Assembly: GCA_963707915.1 (NCBI GenBank)
Contig: OY970178.1
Span: 3,072,001-3,136,000, forward strand
Length of the DNA stretch: 64,000 nucleotides
Direction: 5' to 3'
DNA from: Candidatus Eiseniibacteriota bacterium
GTDB lineage: Bacteria; Eisenbacteria; RBG-16-71-46
The notes beneath the pieces were generated by a model. It searched no databases. It saw only the letters and a program-made list of their open reading frames with translations, and had not been told where the DNA came from. This document shows, piece by piece, positions 31,624 through 41,340 of this stretch (position 1 is its first letter; each line of letters starts with the position of its first letter). The translations under genes were made by a program, and so were the position numbers.

Positions 31624-33183
31624 CTACTTCAGGTGTAGGTTGTATCCGACGTTGATGCGCAGCACGTTCGCCGTGTAGTAGCGGTCCAGCAGGATGTAGT
31701 CGTCGTAGTTGTAGGCGTTGTACTTGAGCTCGAGGATGTACTCGTCCAGCAGCGTGTAGGCGCCCTCCAGGAACACGATCGACTTCTCGATGTCGAGGTC
31801 CCCGCCGATGTCCATGTAGGTCGCGCCGCCGGCGAGCCGCAGGCCCTTGACCCGCGCGAACTCGACCCGCCCCGTCACGAACTGGCTCTCGGTGTGGAAG
31901 CCGGCGGCGAGGTCCTTGTAGTCGTCGTCCGAGTAGCTGTAGTCGGCCGAGAGCGCTCCCCAGGCCGTGATCTCGTAACGGCCGAAGGCGTTCACGGCGT
32001 CGCCGTCGACGGTGACGTTCAGGTCGGGGAACTCGCGCTCGCGCCGCGAATAGCCGCCGCCCAGGGTGACGCCCTCGCGGGGCTGCACCTGGAGCTTCGC
32101 GCGGACCTGCGAGGCCTCGACGTCCTTGAGGAGGGTCAGCTCCTCCTGGTCCTTCTTGACGCGGCTCGCGTAGTCGACCTTGGCGTTCACGACCTTGCCG
32201 TAGCGGAATGCCGTCCCGACGCGCCAGTTGTGGTAGCTGGTGAGCGTTTGGTCGTCGTCGTTGGTCTCGTAGCCGTAGCCGCCGCTGAACTGGCCGTACC
32301 GATAGAGCCAGGTCGCGTCGAAATCGTTCTGGAATCGGTCGGTCATCAGCCCGCTGGACGGGTCGTCGGTGCGGTTCGCATCGAAGCCGTAGCGGAACCG
32401 GAAGGCCTCGACCGGCTCGACCACCCCGGTGTACTGGAAGCTCGACATCGTGAAGTCGCGGTCGCGGTCGGAGTGCGAGCGGGTGCCGTAGGACGCGCGC
32501 AGCAGGTGGGTCCACTTGTCGTAGAACAGGCAGGGCGAGTAGAGCCGGGCCGACACCACCTGCCCGTTGCGGTCCGCCGCCGGGACGAGCTCGTCGCGGA
32601 AGGCCGACGCGCGCAGGCTGATCGCCCCGCCCCGCCGCCCCTTGTGAACGTCCGCCGCGATCTCGCCGGTCCTCAGCGCGTTGTCGTACCCGCTCCCCAG
32701 CACGCTCAGCGTGCCGGACGGGTAGGGCAGGCGGTCGCCGTCGCGCGTCAGGACGCCGAAGCCTCCCGAGAGCCCCAGCCAGGCATTCGGCGTGAACTGG
32801 GCGTTCGCCCTCCAGTCCTTGCGTCCGGAGTTGACGAGGCCGCCCGGGGAGAAGATCTGCCGGTGCTGGTCGAAGGCCGAGGTGAGCTTGAAGGTGCCCG
32901 GCACGCGGAAGACGAGGTCGCCCTGCCGCGAGTCCAGGTTGAGGTCGCGCAGGTCGAGCGAGAAATAGTGACCGCGATCGAGGGCGCCGCTCAGGCTGAT
33001 CTGGGCGAGGGAGAACCCGTCGTAGATGTTGTAGGTCTCCTGGACGGCGGAGCGGTCGCCGGTCTGGTTCATGATGATGCCGCCCAGCTTCACGGTGCCG
33101 TCCAGCGTGCCGGCCCAGGCGGCGGTCGCGGCCAGCGTGACGGCGAGCGTGACGCATGTGGCCGTAATCTTGGTCGTTCGCAT
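31624..33183 (-). CDS. MtrB/PioB-like outer membrane beta-barrel
   Basis: Signal peptide; long run of amphipathic beta-strands; located between a decaheme and a lipoprotein cytochrome. Confidence 0.8.
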   Translation of the reverse strand: MRTTKITATCVTLAVTLAATAAWAGTLDGTVKLGGIIMNQTGDRSAVQETYNIYDGFSLAQISLSGALDRGHYFSLDLRDLNLDSRQGDLVFRVPGTFKLTSAFDQHRQIFSPGGLVNSGRKDWRANAQFTPNAWLGLSGGFGVLTRDGDRLPYPSGTLSVLGSGYDNALRTGEIAADVHKGRRGGAISLRASAFRDELVPAADRNGQVVSARLYSPCLFYDKWTHLLRASYGTRSHSDRDRDFTMSSFQYTGVVEPVEAFRFRYGFDANRTDDPSSGLMTDRFQNDFDATWLYRYGQFSGGYGYETNDDDQTLTSYHNWRVGTAFRYGKVVNAKVDYASRVKKDQEELTLLKDVEASQVRAKLQVQPREGVTLGGGYSRREREFPDLNVTVDGDAVNAFGRYEITAWGALSADYSYSDDDYKDLAAGFHTESQFVTGRVEFARVKGLRLAGGATYMDIGGDLDIEKSIVFLEGAYTLLDEYILELKYNAYNYDDYILLDRYYTANVLRINVGYNLHLK

Positions 33184-33195
33184 TCGTGCCCCGTC

Positions 33196-34158
33196 CTAGA
33201 ACTTGTGGTGGCAGCCGACGTTGAAGCAGCCTCGAAGCGACTCGCTCAGGAACAGGCGGCTGGTGTAGGAGCCGTGGATGTCCGTGTGGCAGTCATTGCA
33301 GGGCATGCCCGCCCATCTCGTCCCGTGCATCGGGTTCGAGTTGTGCCGCGGGACCGAGTGGCACTGCGTGCACAGCTGGAAGTGGGGCGCCTCGTAGGGC
33401 TGCTTGAGCATCCGCGGCAGGTTCGAGCCGTGGGGCTCGTGGCAGGTCACGCAGCCGCCCTCCTCCGTCGAGTAGTCGAGGGTCGCCGGGTGCTCGTAGG
33501 GGAACGGCCCCTCGAACTCGGCATGGCACTTCATGCAGACGTTCGTGCCGTTGGTCGCCAGCTGGCGGCGCGTGGCGTCGAGGGTCAGGTGACACTCGCT
33601 GCACTTGACGATGCCGTCGTTCACCGGGTGCCGGTACGACCGGGAGAACTGCCCTTCGACGTCCTTGTGGCAGCCCAGGCACAGGCCGCTCTCGGCCTGC
33701 TTGAGCAGCGCCGGGTGCTTCGACGCGTGGACACTGTGGCACGTGCTGCAGTTGAGGTCGTTCGCCGCGTGGGCGTTCTTCTCGAGCATGTTCTGCTGGT
33801 GCGCGTTCTGGTGGCACCCCGAGCACACGCGCGCCTCGGCCGCCGCGCCGCTCTTCGAGGGGTTGGCCATCGGGTACTGGGCCGGGTCCTCGTCCCAGTG
33901 GCGGCTGTCGCCGGCATGGCAGTCCGTGCAGGCGACGCGCGCCGTCGGACCGTCCAGCCCGCCGGCCGGCATCCGGTGCCCGGTGGTGGCGAGGGTCAGG
34001 TCCTGGCCGGTGTGGCAGGCGAGGCACGCCTGGCTGACGCGGGGCTTGCCCTGCGCCGCGGGAGCGCCATTCGCCACGGCGAACGACGCGACCAGCACGA
34101 CGCAGGCGATCAGCATCGAGGACGCGGATCGGCATGAAGTCATGTGGGGCGTTGGCAA
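33196..34158 (-). CDS. DmsE/MtrA-family periplasmic decaheme cytochrome with extra CX4CH
   Basis: 10 CXXCH; YRHPV..G.VKCSECH, FEGPFPYEH, CVTCHEPHGSN, CNDCHTDIHGS; terminal CFNVGCH; start TTG 34158 (RBS AAGGAG) or ATG 34143. Confidence 0.9.
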   Translation of the reverse strand: MPTPHMTSCRSASSMLIACVVLVASFAVANGAPAAQGKPRVSQACLACHTGQDLTLATTGHRMPAGGLDGPTARVACTDCHAGDSRHWDEDPAQYPMANPSKSGAAAEARVCSGCHQNAHQQNMLEKNAHAANDLNCSTCHSVHASKHPALLKQAESGLCLGCHKDVEGQFSRSYRHPVNDGIVKCSECHLTLDATRRQLATNGTNVCMKCHAEFEGPFPYEHPATLDYSTEEGGCVTCHEPHGSNLPRMLKQPYEAPHFQLCTQCHSVPRHNSNPMHGTRWAGMPCNDCHTDIHGSYTSRLFLSESLRGCFNVGCHHKF

Positions 34159-34587
34159 CGCGACTCCTTCCGAGAGTGGGTCCGGAATGCGACTTCCGTA
34201 TCGCTGCGTCGTGAGCGGCACCAGGTGGCGGCCCGACCGGTTGATGGGGCGCGTGATGGCGGCTCGCGGCCGAAAGGCATTCGCGTCGGGCTCGGAGGTG
34301 GAGACGTCCGGAGCTTGTCAGGCCCGCTTCCGCAATGCCGTGTTCGTGATCGTGGATCGAGCGCCATCCCTGCGCGCATGACGTGCACTATAGCGCAGAA
34401 CGAAAGCGAAGTCTCCGTAGTAATACCGACCCACCTATCATCGCCCCGCCCCGGGGAATCTTGAGCGATATCGGCGTCCGCATGACGCTTCCGTCGATTC
34501 GGCCGCGCGGTCAAGTTGCGTCCGGCTAAACACGGTGGCGTCGATGGATTCCGCAATGGTGGCCTCATCCGCCCGAGGGGCGGGCCG

Positions 34588-35634
34588 TCAGCTGCCCGTG
34601 GTGTCGGGCGGCGTCGTGTCCTGCGGCAGGGCGAGCACCTGGAGCCGGCCGAGCGCGCGCTCGGTGATGGCGACGAGCCCCCGGCCGTCGGTCACGAACG
34701 AGGTCGGGTAGGAGACCTCGCCGGGAGCCGTGCCCTCGCCCGTGGCCAGGGTGAGGAAGCCGCCGGCGTGGTCGAAGACCTGCACGCTCTGGCGGATCTC
34801 GTCGCACACCCAGATGCGGCCGTCCCGCGTGCCCAGCACCCCCGACGGCAGCGAGATGTTGCCCGGCCCCATCTCGTGCGTCGCGAAGCCGCGCAGGTAG
34901 GCGCCCTCGCCGGTGAACACCTGCACGCCGAGGTCCGTGCGCGCGCAGGTCACCGCCAGCGTGCTGTCCGGCATGACGGCCAGCGCGGTCACGCTGTGCA
35001 GGCGGCCCGGGCCGCTCCCGGGCTCGCCCCAGGAGCCGGCGCGGGAGTAGTCGGCGGCGAAGCGGTGGATCCGGGAGCCCTCTCCGGAACTGGCCACGTA
35101 GATGGTGCCGTCGGGGCCGACGGCGAGGGCGATCGGCCGCTCGCCGGGAAGGTCCAGGCGCCGCAGCGGGCGGCCGCGACGGTCGAGGACGTCCACGTAC
35201 GACGCCGAGTTGTCCGCCACGAGCAGGCGCCCCGCGCGGTCGAAGGCCAGCGCGCAGGGCTCGCCGTCCACCAGCCCGCCGTCGGGACCGGCGACCCGGT
35301 GGACGAACCAGGTGAGGGCGCGCCCGGTCTTCGAGAAGACCTCGATCCGGTGGGCGCCGGTGTTGGCGACGTAGATCGCCCCGTCGAGCGGATCGAACGC
35401 CGCCCCGCGCGGCCGGCTCAGGTTGGTGCCGTCCGCGTAACCCCAGATGACCAGCCTAGGGGTGAGCAGGCGCGGGGCCGCGGCGACCGCGGCCAGCGCG
35501 CACGCGAGCAGCGCGGCCGCCAGCCCCGGGGCGAAGACGTGGCGCCGGACCCGTGCGCTGCGGAGCACCGCGCCCGCTCGGAGGCCGGGCTTCGCCCGGG
35601 CCCCCGGCTTCTCCTCGAGCGTCGCACGCGTCAC
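34588..35634 (-). CDS. NHL-repeat beta-propeller protein
   Basis: PRGAAFD..IYVANTGAHRIEVF, PIALAVGPDGTIYV, PSGVLG..DGRIWVCD...VQVFD; N-terminal hydrophobic segment; start uncertain. Confidence 0.85.
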   Translation of the reverse strand: MTRATLEEKPGARAKPGLRAGAVLRSARVRRHVFAPGLAAALLACALAAVAAAPRLLTPRLVIWGYADGTNLSRPRGAAFDPLDGAIYVANTGAHRIEVFSKTGRALTWFVHRVAGPDGGLVDGEPCALAFDRAGRLLVADNSASYVDVLDRRGRPLRRLDLPGERPIALAVGPDGTIYVASSGEGSRIHRFAADYSRAGSWGEPGSGPGRLHSVTALAVMPDSTLAVTCARTDLGVQVFTGEGAYLRGFATHEMGPGNISLPSGVLGTRDGRIWVCDEIRQSVQVFDHAGGFLTLATGEGTAPGEVSYPTSFVTDGRGLVAITERALGRLQVLALPQDTTPPDTTGS

Positions 35635-35793
35635 GGGGCACGCACCTTTCTGCGGTCGGGCTGGCCCGGGCTCGCCGCCGGGGCGAGGCGGCACGGGGAT
35701 CGAGTCCCTTCGGGTCCGCCCATCGGCGCAGACACTACGGTCAGCCTCGCCCGCTGGCAACGCACGCCCCGCGGCGCCACCCGCGGCCGGGCG

Positions 35794-35823
35794 TTGACGC
35801 GCCTCGACCCCGGCCCCTATGTT
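35794..35823 (+). promoter_or_regulatory. Possible sigma70 promoter
   Basis: TTGACG-18 nt-TATGTT. Confidence 0.45.
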
Positions 35824-35884
35824 GCCGCCGGCCGCGCGGCGGCCCGCAGGGTGCCGGCCCGGGCGGCCGCACGGAGACCACGCC

Positions 35885-37594
35885 ATGACCAGGAACGGGG
35901 CGGTCCATGACCCGCAGGGCGGCAATCCGAGGGGAGCTCGGGACGTGGCCATCGCCGAGCGCGAGCCGGTCCGGCGCGGCGGCGGGCGGGATCACCTGAT
36001 GCCTCGCCGGGCGTCCGTGCTGGTCGCGCTCCTGGCGCTCGCGGTCTACCTGCCCCTCTGCCCGCCGGTGTCGGGGGTCGGGGACGGGAGCGAGTTCACC
36101 CTGGTGCTCGCCACGAACGGGGTCGCCCACCCCACCGGCTACCCCCTGTACGTCCTGCTGGGGCACCTGTTCTGCGTGCTCCTGCACGCGCTGGGCGTGT
36201 CCTGGCCGCTGGCTGCCAACGCCTGGAGCGCGGTCGGGGCCGCGGTGGCCATCGGCTTCCTGCACGCGCTCGGAACGGAGCTCGTCCGGCTCGCCACGCC
36301 GGGCCTGGCGGGGACCGCCCGCTTCGTCGCGGCGCTCGTGCCGGCGGCCCTGATCGCGTTCCAGCCCATCCTGCTGGGAGTGGCGACGTCGGCCGAGGTG
36401 AACAGCTGGAGCCTGGCCTGGGTCTGTGCGGCGGCCTGGGCCTTCCTGCGGCTGTCGGCCGCGGTGGCGCGCGACGGGGGCCCCGAGCCCTCGCCCGGCC
36501 GTGCGGCCGCCCTCTGGGGGCTGGTCTGCGGCCTCGGGTTGGCGCACCACCTCACCTCCGTGGTGGTGGCGCTGCCGCTCTCGGCGGGCCTGGTCGTGCT
36601 GCTCGCCCGGCGGCGGCGTCTTGGGCCCGGTCTGCTGTTCCGGGCCGCCGCGGCGGCGCTGGTCCCGCTCGCGAGCTACGGGATCATCGCCTGGCGCGCC
36701 TGGCACCCGGCCCGGGTGCAGTGGCCGGCGCTGGTCCCGGGAGCGGCCTCGGTGCTCGAGCACATCAGCGGAGCGCAGTACCGCCACTTCCTCGGCTACT
36801 TCGACCCGGCCGCCGACCACCGCGCGTTGCTGGCGCGCGCGGGCTATCCATTCCTCGTCCCGGGGTTGGCGCTGCTCCTGCTCGGTGTCCTGCGCGAGCG
36901 GCGGCCGGAGCGGCGGGTGGCGTGGGCGGCGCTCCTGGCCGCCGCGCTGTCGTCGGCCCTCTTCGCCTTCCGCTACGGGGTTCCCGACCCGGCGCCGTAC
37001 TTCCTGCCGGCGATGGCGCTGGGCGCGGCCGCGGCCGCGCCCACGGTGGCGAGCCTGGCGGGCGGGGCCGGGCGCGAGCGGGCGCTTCGCCTGGGCGTGA
37101 TGGGTCTGGCCGCGCTCGCCCTGGTCGTCCCCTGGATCCGCGGCGGGCTGGCGGAGCGCCGCGGACTGATCGAGAACGAGGCCATGCTCCGCTCGATGTG
37201 GTCCGCCGTGCCGTCGGACACGGCCATCGTCCTGTGGCCCGACGACCGCTTCATCCACCTGGTCGAGTACCAGATCCTGCGCGGCGAGAAGCCCGCGCTG
37301 TGGATCGCCACGCCGGACATGCTGCTGGAGGCCGCCACGCGCGCCGAGCTGCGGGGGCGCTTCGGGACCGACCCGCTCGAGGGGGTGCGCGTTCCCACGG
37401 TTCGCCCCGGCTTGCCGGACGAGGCGGCGACCATCCAGCGGTCGCTCGCCGCCATCGTCAGGAACCTGAACGCCCGCACGCGCGTCCCGGTGATCTGGTT
37501 CGACCCGGGCGTGCCCGAGGTGCGGCAGTTGCGCAAGCCCTGGGAGCCGGTGGAAGGCTCCGGCGCGCGTCCCGCCACGCTCCTGTCGCCGTAG
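35885..37594 (+). CDS. DUF2723/TMEM260-like polytopic membrane protein (GT-C-type glycosyltransferase candidate)
   Basis: GDGSEF...GVAHPTGYPLY...AEVNS...GLAHHLT motifs; many TM helices. Confidence 0.8.
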   Translation: MTRNGAVHDPQGGNPRGARDVAIAEREPVRRGGGRDHLMPRRASVLVALLALAVYLPLCPPVSGVGDGSEFTLVLATNGVAHPTGYPLYVLLGHLFCVLLHALGVSWPLAANAWSAVGAAVAIGFLHALGTELVRLATPGLAGTARFVAALVPAALIAFQPILLGVATSAEVNSWSLAWVCAAAWAFLRLSAAVARDGGPEPSPGRAAALWGLVCGLGLAHHLTSVVVALPLSAGLVVLLARRRRLGPGLLFRAAAAALVPLASYGIIAWRAWHPARVQWPALVPGAASVLEHISGAQYRHFLGYFDPAADHRALLARAGYPFLVPGLALLLLGVLRERRPERRVAWAALLAAALSSALFAFRYGVPDPAPYFLPAMALGAAAAAPTVASLAGGAGRERALRLGVMGLAALALVVPWIRGGLAERRGLIENEAMLRSMWSAVPSDTAIVLWPDDRFIHLVEYQILRGEKPALWIATPDMLLEAATRAELRGRFGTDPLEGVRVPTVRPGLPDEAATIQRSLAAIVRNLNARTRVPVIWFDPGVPEVRQLRKPWEPVEGSGARPATLLSP

Positions 37595-37657
37595 CCACGT
37601 CCGGCGCCCTGCCCGCACCGGCCGCCCCGGGGATCAGGTGGCCGGTGCGGCGCGCCC

Positions 37658-40600
37658 TCAGTCGCGCTTCGGCCCCATGGAGGGGTCGTGGCACTGGATG
37701 CACAGCTCCCGGGTCGGCTCGTGCGTCAGCAGGGAAGGCTGGTCGCTCGAGTGGGGCAGGTGGCAGCCGACGCAGTCGAGCGGCTCGTTGGTGCGCGGGT
37801 CCACGCCTCCCGAGACCTTGTGGAAGTGCTTGGACGTGTCCGAGTGGCACTGCCGGCACAGCGTGTCCACGTCCTCGGTGAGCAGCTTCTTGTGCTTCCC
37901 GCTGTGGGGATCGTGGCACGTCGCGCAGCCCTGCCCGAGCGCGGCGTGCACGTTCTTCCGGCGGAACGGGCGGGGATCGTGGCACTGGAAGCAGAGCTTC
38001 TCGCCCGCGCGCTTCAGCACGCCGGTCGCCATGCCCGCGTGCGCTCCGTGGCAGGAAAGGCAGGCCTCGCGCGACTGCAGCGGCGCGTGGACGACGGGCG
38101 CGGAGAGCCACGCTTTCTGCCCCTCGTGGCAGCGGAAGCACAGGTCGGGCACCGGCTGAGTCGTCGCCCCGGTCTTGCGCTCGCCATGACACTCGACGCA
38201 CCTGCGCTGCGCGAAGGGCATGTGCGAGACGGGCTTGAGCATGCCGGGCCGGCCCGTCGCTCCGACGTGCGGATCGTGGCAGTCCACGCAGTTGGCCTTC
38301 GCGAGGGCGAAGCCCTGGTGCTTCGCCAGGAGCCCCTGCTTCTCGATCGAGTGGCAGGCGGTGCAGAGCGCGGCCCCCTGGCGCTTCGTCATGCCGGGCT
38401 CGTCGGTGCCGTGGCTCGCGTGGCAGGTCGAGCAGAGCCCCATGGCGACCGGCGCGTGGGGCTTGCCCTGCGCGATGCGGGTCTGCAGGTCCGCGTGGCA
38501 GGTGAAGCACAGCGCGCCGGTGCGCTGCTTCAGCAGCGCCGGGTTGGCGCTCTCGTGCGGCTCGTGGCAGGTCGCGCACTGGCCCGCGGCCGCGGGCGGG
38601 TGCCCGTGCTTGAGCCGGGCGTCGGCGACGGCCCCGGCATGGCACCGGACGCACAGCCGGATGGGCTGGGTGACCAGCAGCGCCGCGCGGTCGGAGGCGT
38701 GCGGCGTGTGGCAGGCGACGCAATCGCCCTTCGCGACCGGCGGATGCACGTGGCCGGCGGCCGCGCCCTGCGGTGTGGCCTTCTTCTTCGGGATCTGGTG
38801 GCACGAGGCGCACAGCGTGGCCGCCGGGCGCGCCAGGTTCAGGGCCCCGGGCGCGCCGGTCTTCCCGTGGCACTTGGTGCACTCCTTCGACCCGAAGAAC
38901 GGGTGTTCGCGGGCCGCCAGCAGGCCGGCCGACTTGGACGCGTGCGGGGTGTGGCACGAGAGGCAGTCGACCGCGGTCAGCGTGGCGCCGCCGTGTTTCC
39001 GGGTGAGGTCCGCGTCCTCCAGGTCGTGGCAGTCGCCGCACAGCGCGGGCACCTTCTTCGTCAGGGCGGGCGCCGCCACGCCGCCGTGGGGATCGTGGCA
39101 GGAGAGGCACTCGCCGCTCTCCACCGGGGGATGCACGGTGTCCCCTTCCTTGCCGATGCCGCCGTGGCACCGGGTGCACAGGGCGTTGGGCTCGTCGCGC
39201 AGCAGGGCCGCCCGCGACCCGCCGTGGGGCTCGTGGCAGGCCGCGCACTGCCCGGCCGCGGCCGGGGTGTGGGGTGCGGGGCCCTTGATCTTCGCGGCGA
39301 TGTCGGCGTGGCACTTGGTGCAGAGGGTGGCCCCGCCGGTCGCGAGCAGGCGGTTGGTGAGCCCGCCGTGGGCGCCGTGGCACTCGAGGCACTGCCCGGC
39401 GGCTGCCGGCGCGTGCGGATGGGACGCCTTGGCCGCCATCACCTCCTGGCCGTGGCAGGGCGCGCAGATCTTCGCCGGCTCGCCGCGCAGCAGCTTGCCC
39501 TGGCCCGACTGGTGCGGGTCGTGGCAGGCGGTGCACTGGCCGGAGCGGAACGGCGGGTGCACCTCGAGGCCGACGAGCTTCTGCGCCAGGTCGGCGTGGC
39601 AGGTCCGGCAGAGCGCGCGCATGTCCTTGCGCAGGAGCCGCTCCTCGGCCGCCGAGTGGGGGGCGTGACAGCGCAGGCAGTCCTTCTTCGCGAACGGCGG
39701 GTGCGTCCCGGCGCTGTCGGCGCGGGCCCCGAGGTCCTTGTGGCAGTCGAGGCACATCGCGCCGTCGGCGGTCTTCAGGAGGTGCTCGCGGTCGGATCCG
39801 TGCGGCTGGTGGCAGCCGGCGCAGTCGCCGGCCGCGAACGCCTTGTGGACCACCGGCTGCTTCAGCGCTTCGGCGAGCTGGTCGTGGCACTGGCCGCAGA
39901 GTTCCAGCGGCTTCGACTTGAGCAGGCCCCGGGCGACCCCGCGGTGCGGGTCGTGGCAGGTGAGGCACTCGCCGCCCGCCGCCGGCGGGTGGGGCGTGGG
40001 TTTCTGGGACGCGGTCCGCACGTCGTCGTGGCAGGTGAAGCACAGCTCCGGCACCTCGGTGACGAGCTTCGCGCCCGCCTTGCCGTCCTCCATCGTGTGG
40101 CAGGCGTCGCAGCTGCCCTCGGCCGCGGGCGCGTGCGCGGTCTCGCGCCGGAGCGCGGTCTCGGTCGAGGCGTGCGGGTCGTGGCAGTCGAGGCAGGCCA
40201 GCCCGGCGACCGTGAGCTTCGCGTGCGCGGTGGCCGTGTCGGCGGGCTTGTGGCACGTCGCGCAGAGCTGGTCGGCCGGGCCGCGGAGCAGCCCGGCGTC
40301 CTTCGAACCGTGGGCGTCGTGGCACGCGTAGCAGTCGCCCCGGGCAAAGACCGCGTGCACGTGCGGCTTCTTCGCCTGGGCCGCGGCCTCCTCGTGACAG
40401 GGGAAGCAGGTGGCTTGCGGGCCCCCGGCGCGCAGCAGCCGCGGCTGGTCGGAGGCGTGCGGATCGTGGCAGGAGAGGCACTTGCCCTGTTCGTAGGCGG
40501 CGTGCGCGTGCTCGGGCTTCGCGGCCGTCTTCAGGGCGTCATGGCAGCCGAAGCACAGCTCCGGCGCCGGCTTCACCAGGATCAGCTTCTGCAGGAAGCC

Positions 40601-40819
40601 GTGGCTCTTGTGGCAGGCCGCGCAGTCCACCTTCGCGACCGGCGCGTGAACGAACTTCCTCGACCCGTAGTCCTGCTTCGCGTCCTTGTGGCAGTCGTAG
40701 CAGGGACGGCCCTTCGGCACCGGCTTCGCGGCGTCGACGTGTCCGGGCAGCAGCAGCGGGACGGCGCCGAGCAGTGCTGCCGCGAACAGCGCGCGCAGGA
40801 GACGGGCGGGGCGGCTCAT
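37658..40819 (-). CDS. Giant 42-heme c-type cytochrome of paired-CXXCH repeats
   Basis: Signal peptide; 42 CXXCH counted by hand; repeat HxP...CxxCHxPH...LL...LCxxCH. Confidence 0.95.
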   Translation of the reverse strand: MSRPARLLRALFAAALLGAVPLLLPGHVDAAKPVPKGRPCYDCHKDAKQDYGSRKFVHAPVAKVDCAACHKSHGFLQKLILVKPAPELCFGCHDALKTAAKPEHAHAAYEQGKCLSCHDPHASDQPRLLRAGGPQATCFPCHEEAAAQAKKPHVHAVFARGDCYACHDAHGSKDAGLLRGPADQLCATCHKPADTATAHAKLTVAGLACLDCHDPHASTETALRRETAHAPAAEGSCDACHTMEDGKAGAKLVTEVPELCFTCHDDVRTASQKPTPHPPAAGGECLTCHDPHRGVARGLLKSKPLELCGQCHDQLAEALKQPVVHKAFAAGDCAGCHQPHGSDREHLLKTADGAMCLDCHKDLGARADSAGTHPPFAKKDCLRCHAPHSAAEERLLRKDMRALCRTCHADLAQKLVGLEVHPPFRSGQCTACHDPHQSGQGKLLRGEPAKICAPCHGQEVMAAKASHPHAPAAAGQCLECHGAHGGLTNRLLATGGATLCTKCHADIAAKIKGPAPHTPAAAGQCAACHEPHGGSRAALLRDEPNALCTRCHGGIGKEGDTVHPPVESGECLSCHDPHGGVAAPALTKKVPALCGDCHDLEDADLTRKHGGATLTAVDCLSCHTPHASKSAGLLAAREHPFFGSKECTKCHGKTGAPGALNLARPAATLCASCHQIPKKKATPQGAAAGHVHPPVAKGDCVACHTPHASDRAALLVTQPIRLCVRCHAGAVADARLKHGHPPAAAGQCATCHEPHESANPALLKQRTGALCFTCHADLQTRIAQGKPHAPVAMGLCSTCHASHGTDEPGMTKRQGAALCTACHSIEKQGLLAKHQGFALAKANCVDCHDPHVGATGRPGMLKPVSHMPFAQRRCVECHGERKTGATTQPVPDLCFRCHEGQKAWLSAPVVHAPLQSREACLSCHGAHAGMATGVLKRAGEKLCFQCHDPRPFRRKNVHAALGQGCATCHDPHSGKHKKLLTEDVDTLCRQCHSDTSKHFHKVSGGVDPRTNEPLDCVGCHLPHSSDQPSLLTHEPTRELCIQCHDPSMGPKRD

Positions 40820-41340
40820 CGCGCGGACACGGTGTCGTGGCCGGCCGGCCGCGTCGGGGGCGCGGTGGGCGGGCTCGCCGGGGCGACGGCCGACGTGTCG
40901 ACCATGATCGGCGCCCGCCCGGTGAACTCGACCTTGACCACCTGGAAGGCGAACATGGACTTGCGCGCGAAGTGGGGCGGCATCTTGAGCAGCGCCCAGG
41001 TCGTGTCCTGCGGCGCCTTCTTCTGGAAGACGATGATGCGGAAGGCGGGGTTGTCGGGCTGGTCGGACTTCGACATGATCTTGCGGGTGGTGAGGTCCAT
41101 GGTGAAGTCGGGCACGTACTCGACCACGCGCGCCGAGAAGTCGGTGTCACCGAGGATGAAGTCCTGCTTCAGCTTCACCCGCTGCAGGTCGCGGAAGTCG
41201 TGGAAGACGCGATGCCGCACCAGCAGCGTCACGGCGTCCAGCCGCGCCCCGCCCGCGGCCGCCGGCGGCTTCACCTGCGCCTGGGACGGGAGGACCGCGA
41301 CGAGTCCGATCAGGAGCCCGAGCCACCACGTGCGTCTCAT
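40816..41340 (-). CDS. Exported protein, possibly ResB-like periplasmic domain
   Basis: Signal peptide; YVPDF...SKS..PDNPA..I.V...W motif; overlaps both neighbours. Confidence 0.6.
   Translation of the reverse strand: MRRTWWLGLLIGLVAVLPSQAQVKPPAAAGGARLDAVTLLVRHRVFHDFRDLQRVKLKQDFILGDTDFSARVVEYVPDFTMDLTTRKIMSKSDQPDNPAFRIIVFQKKAPQDTTWALLKMPPHFARKSMFAFQVVKVEFTGRAPIMVDTSAVAPASPPTAPPTRPAGHDTVSAR

Noticed and set aside
37658..40819. Regularly spaced GTGGCA repeats resembling an array
   Set aside because: Reverse-complement Cys-His codons of CXXCH motifs, not CRISPR
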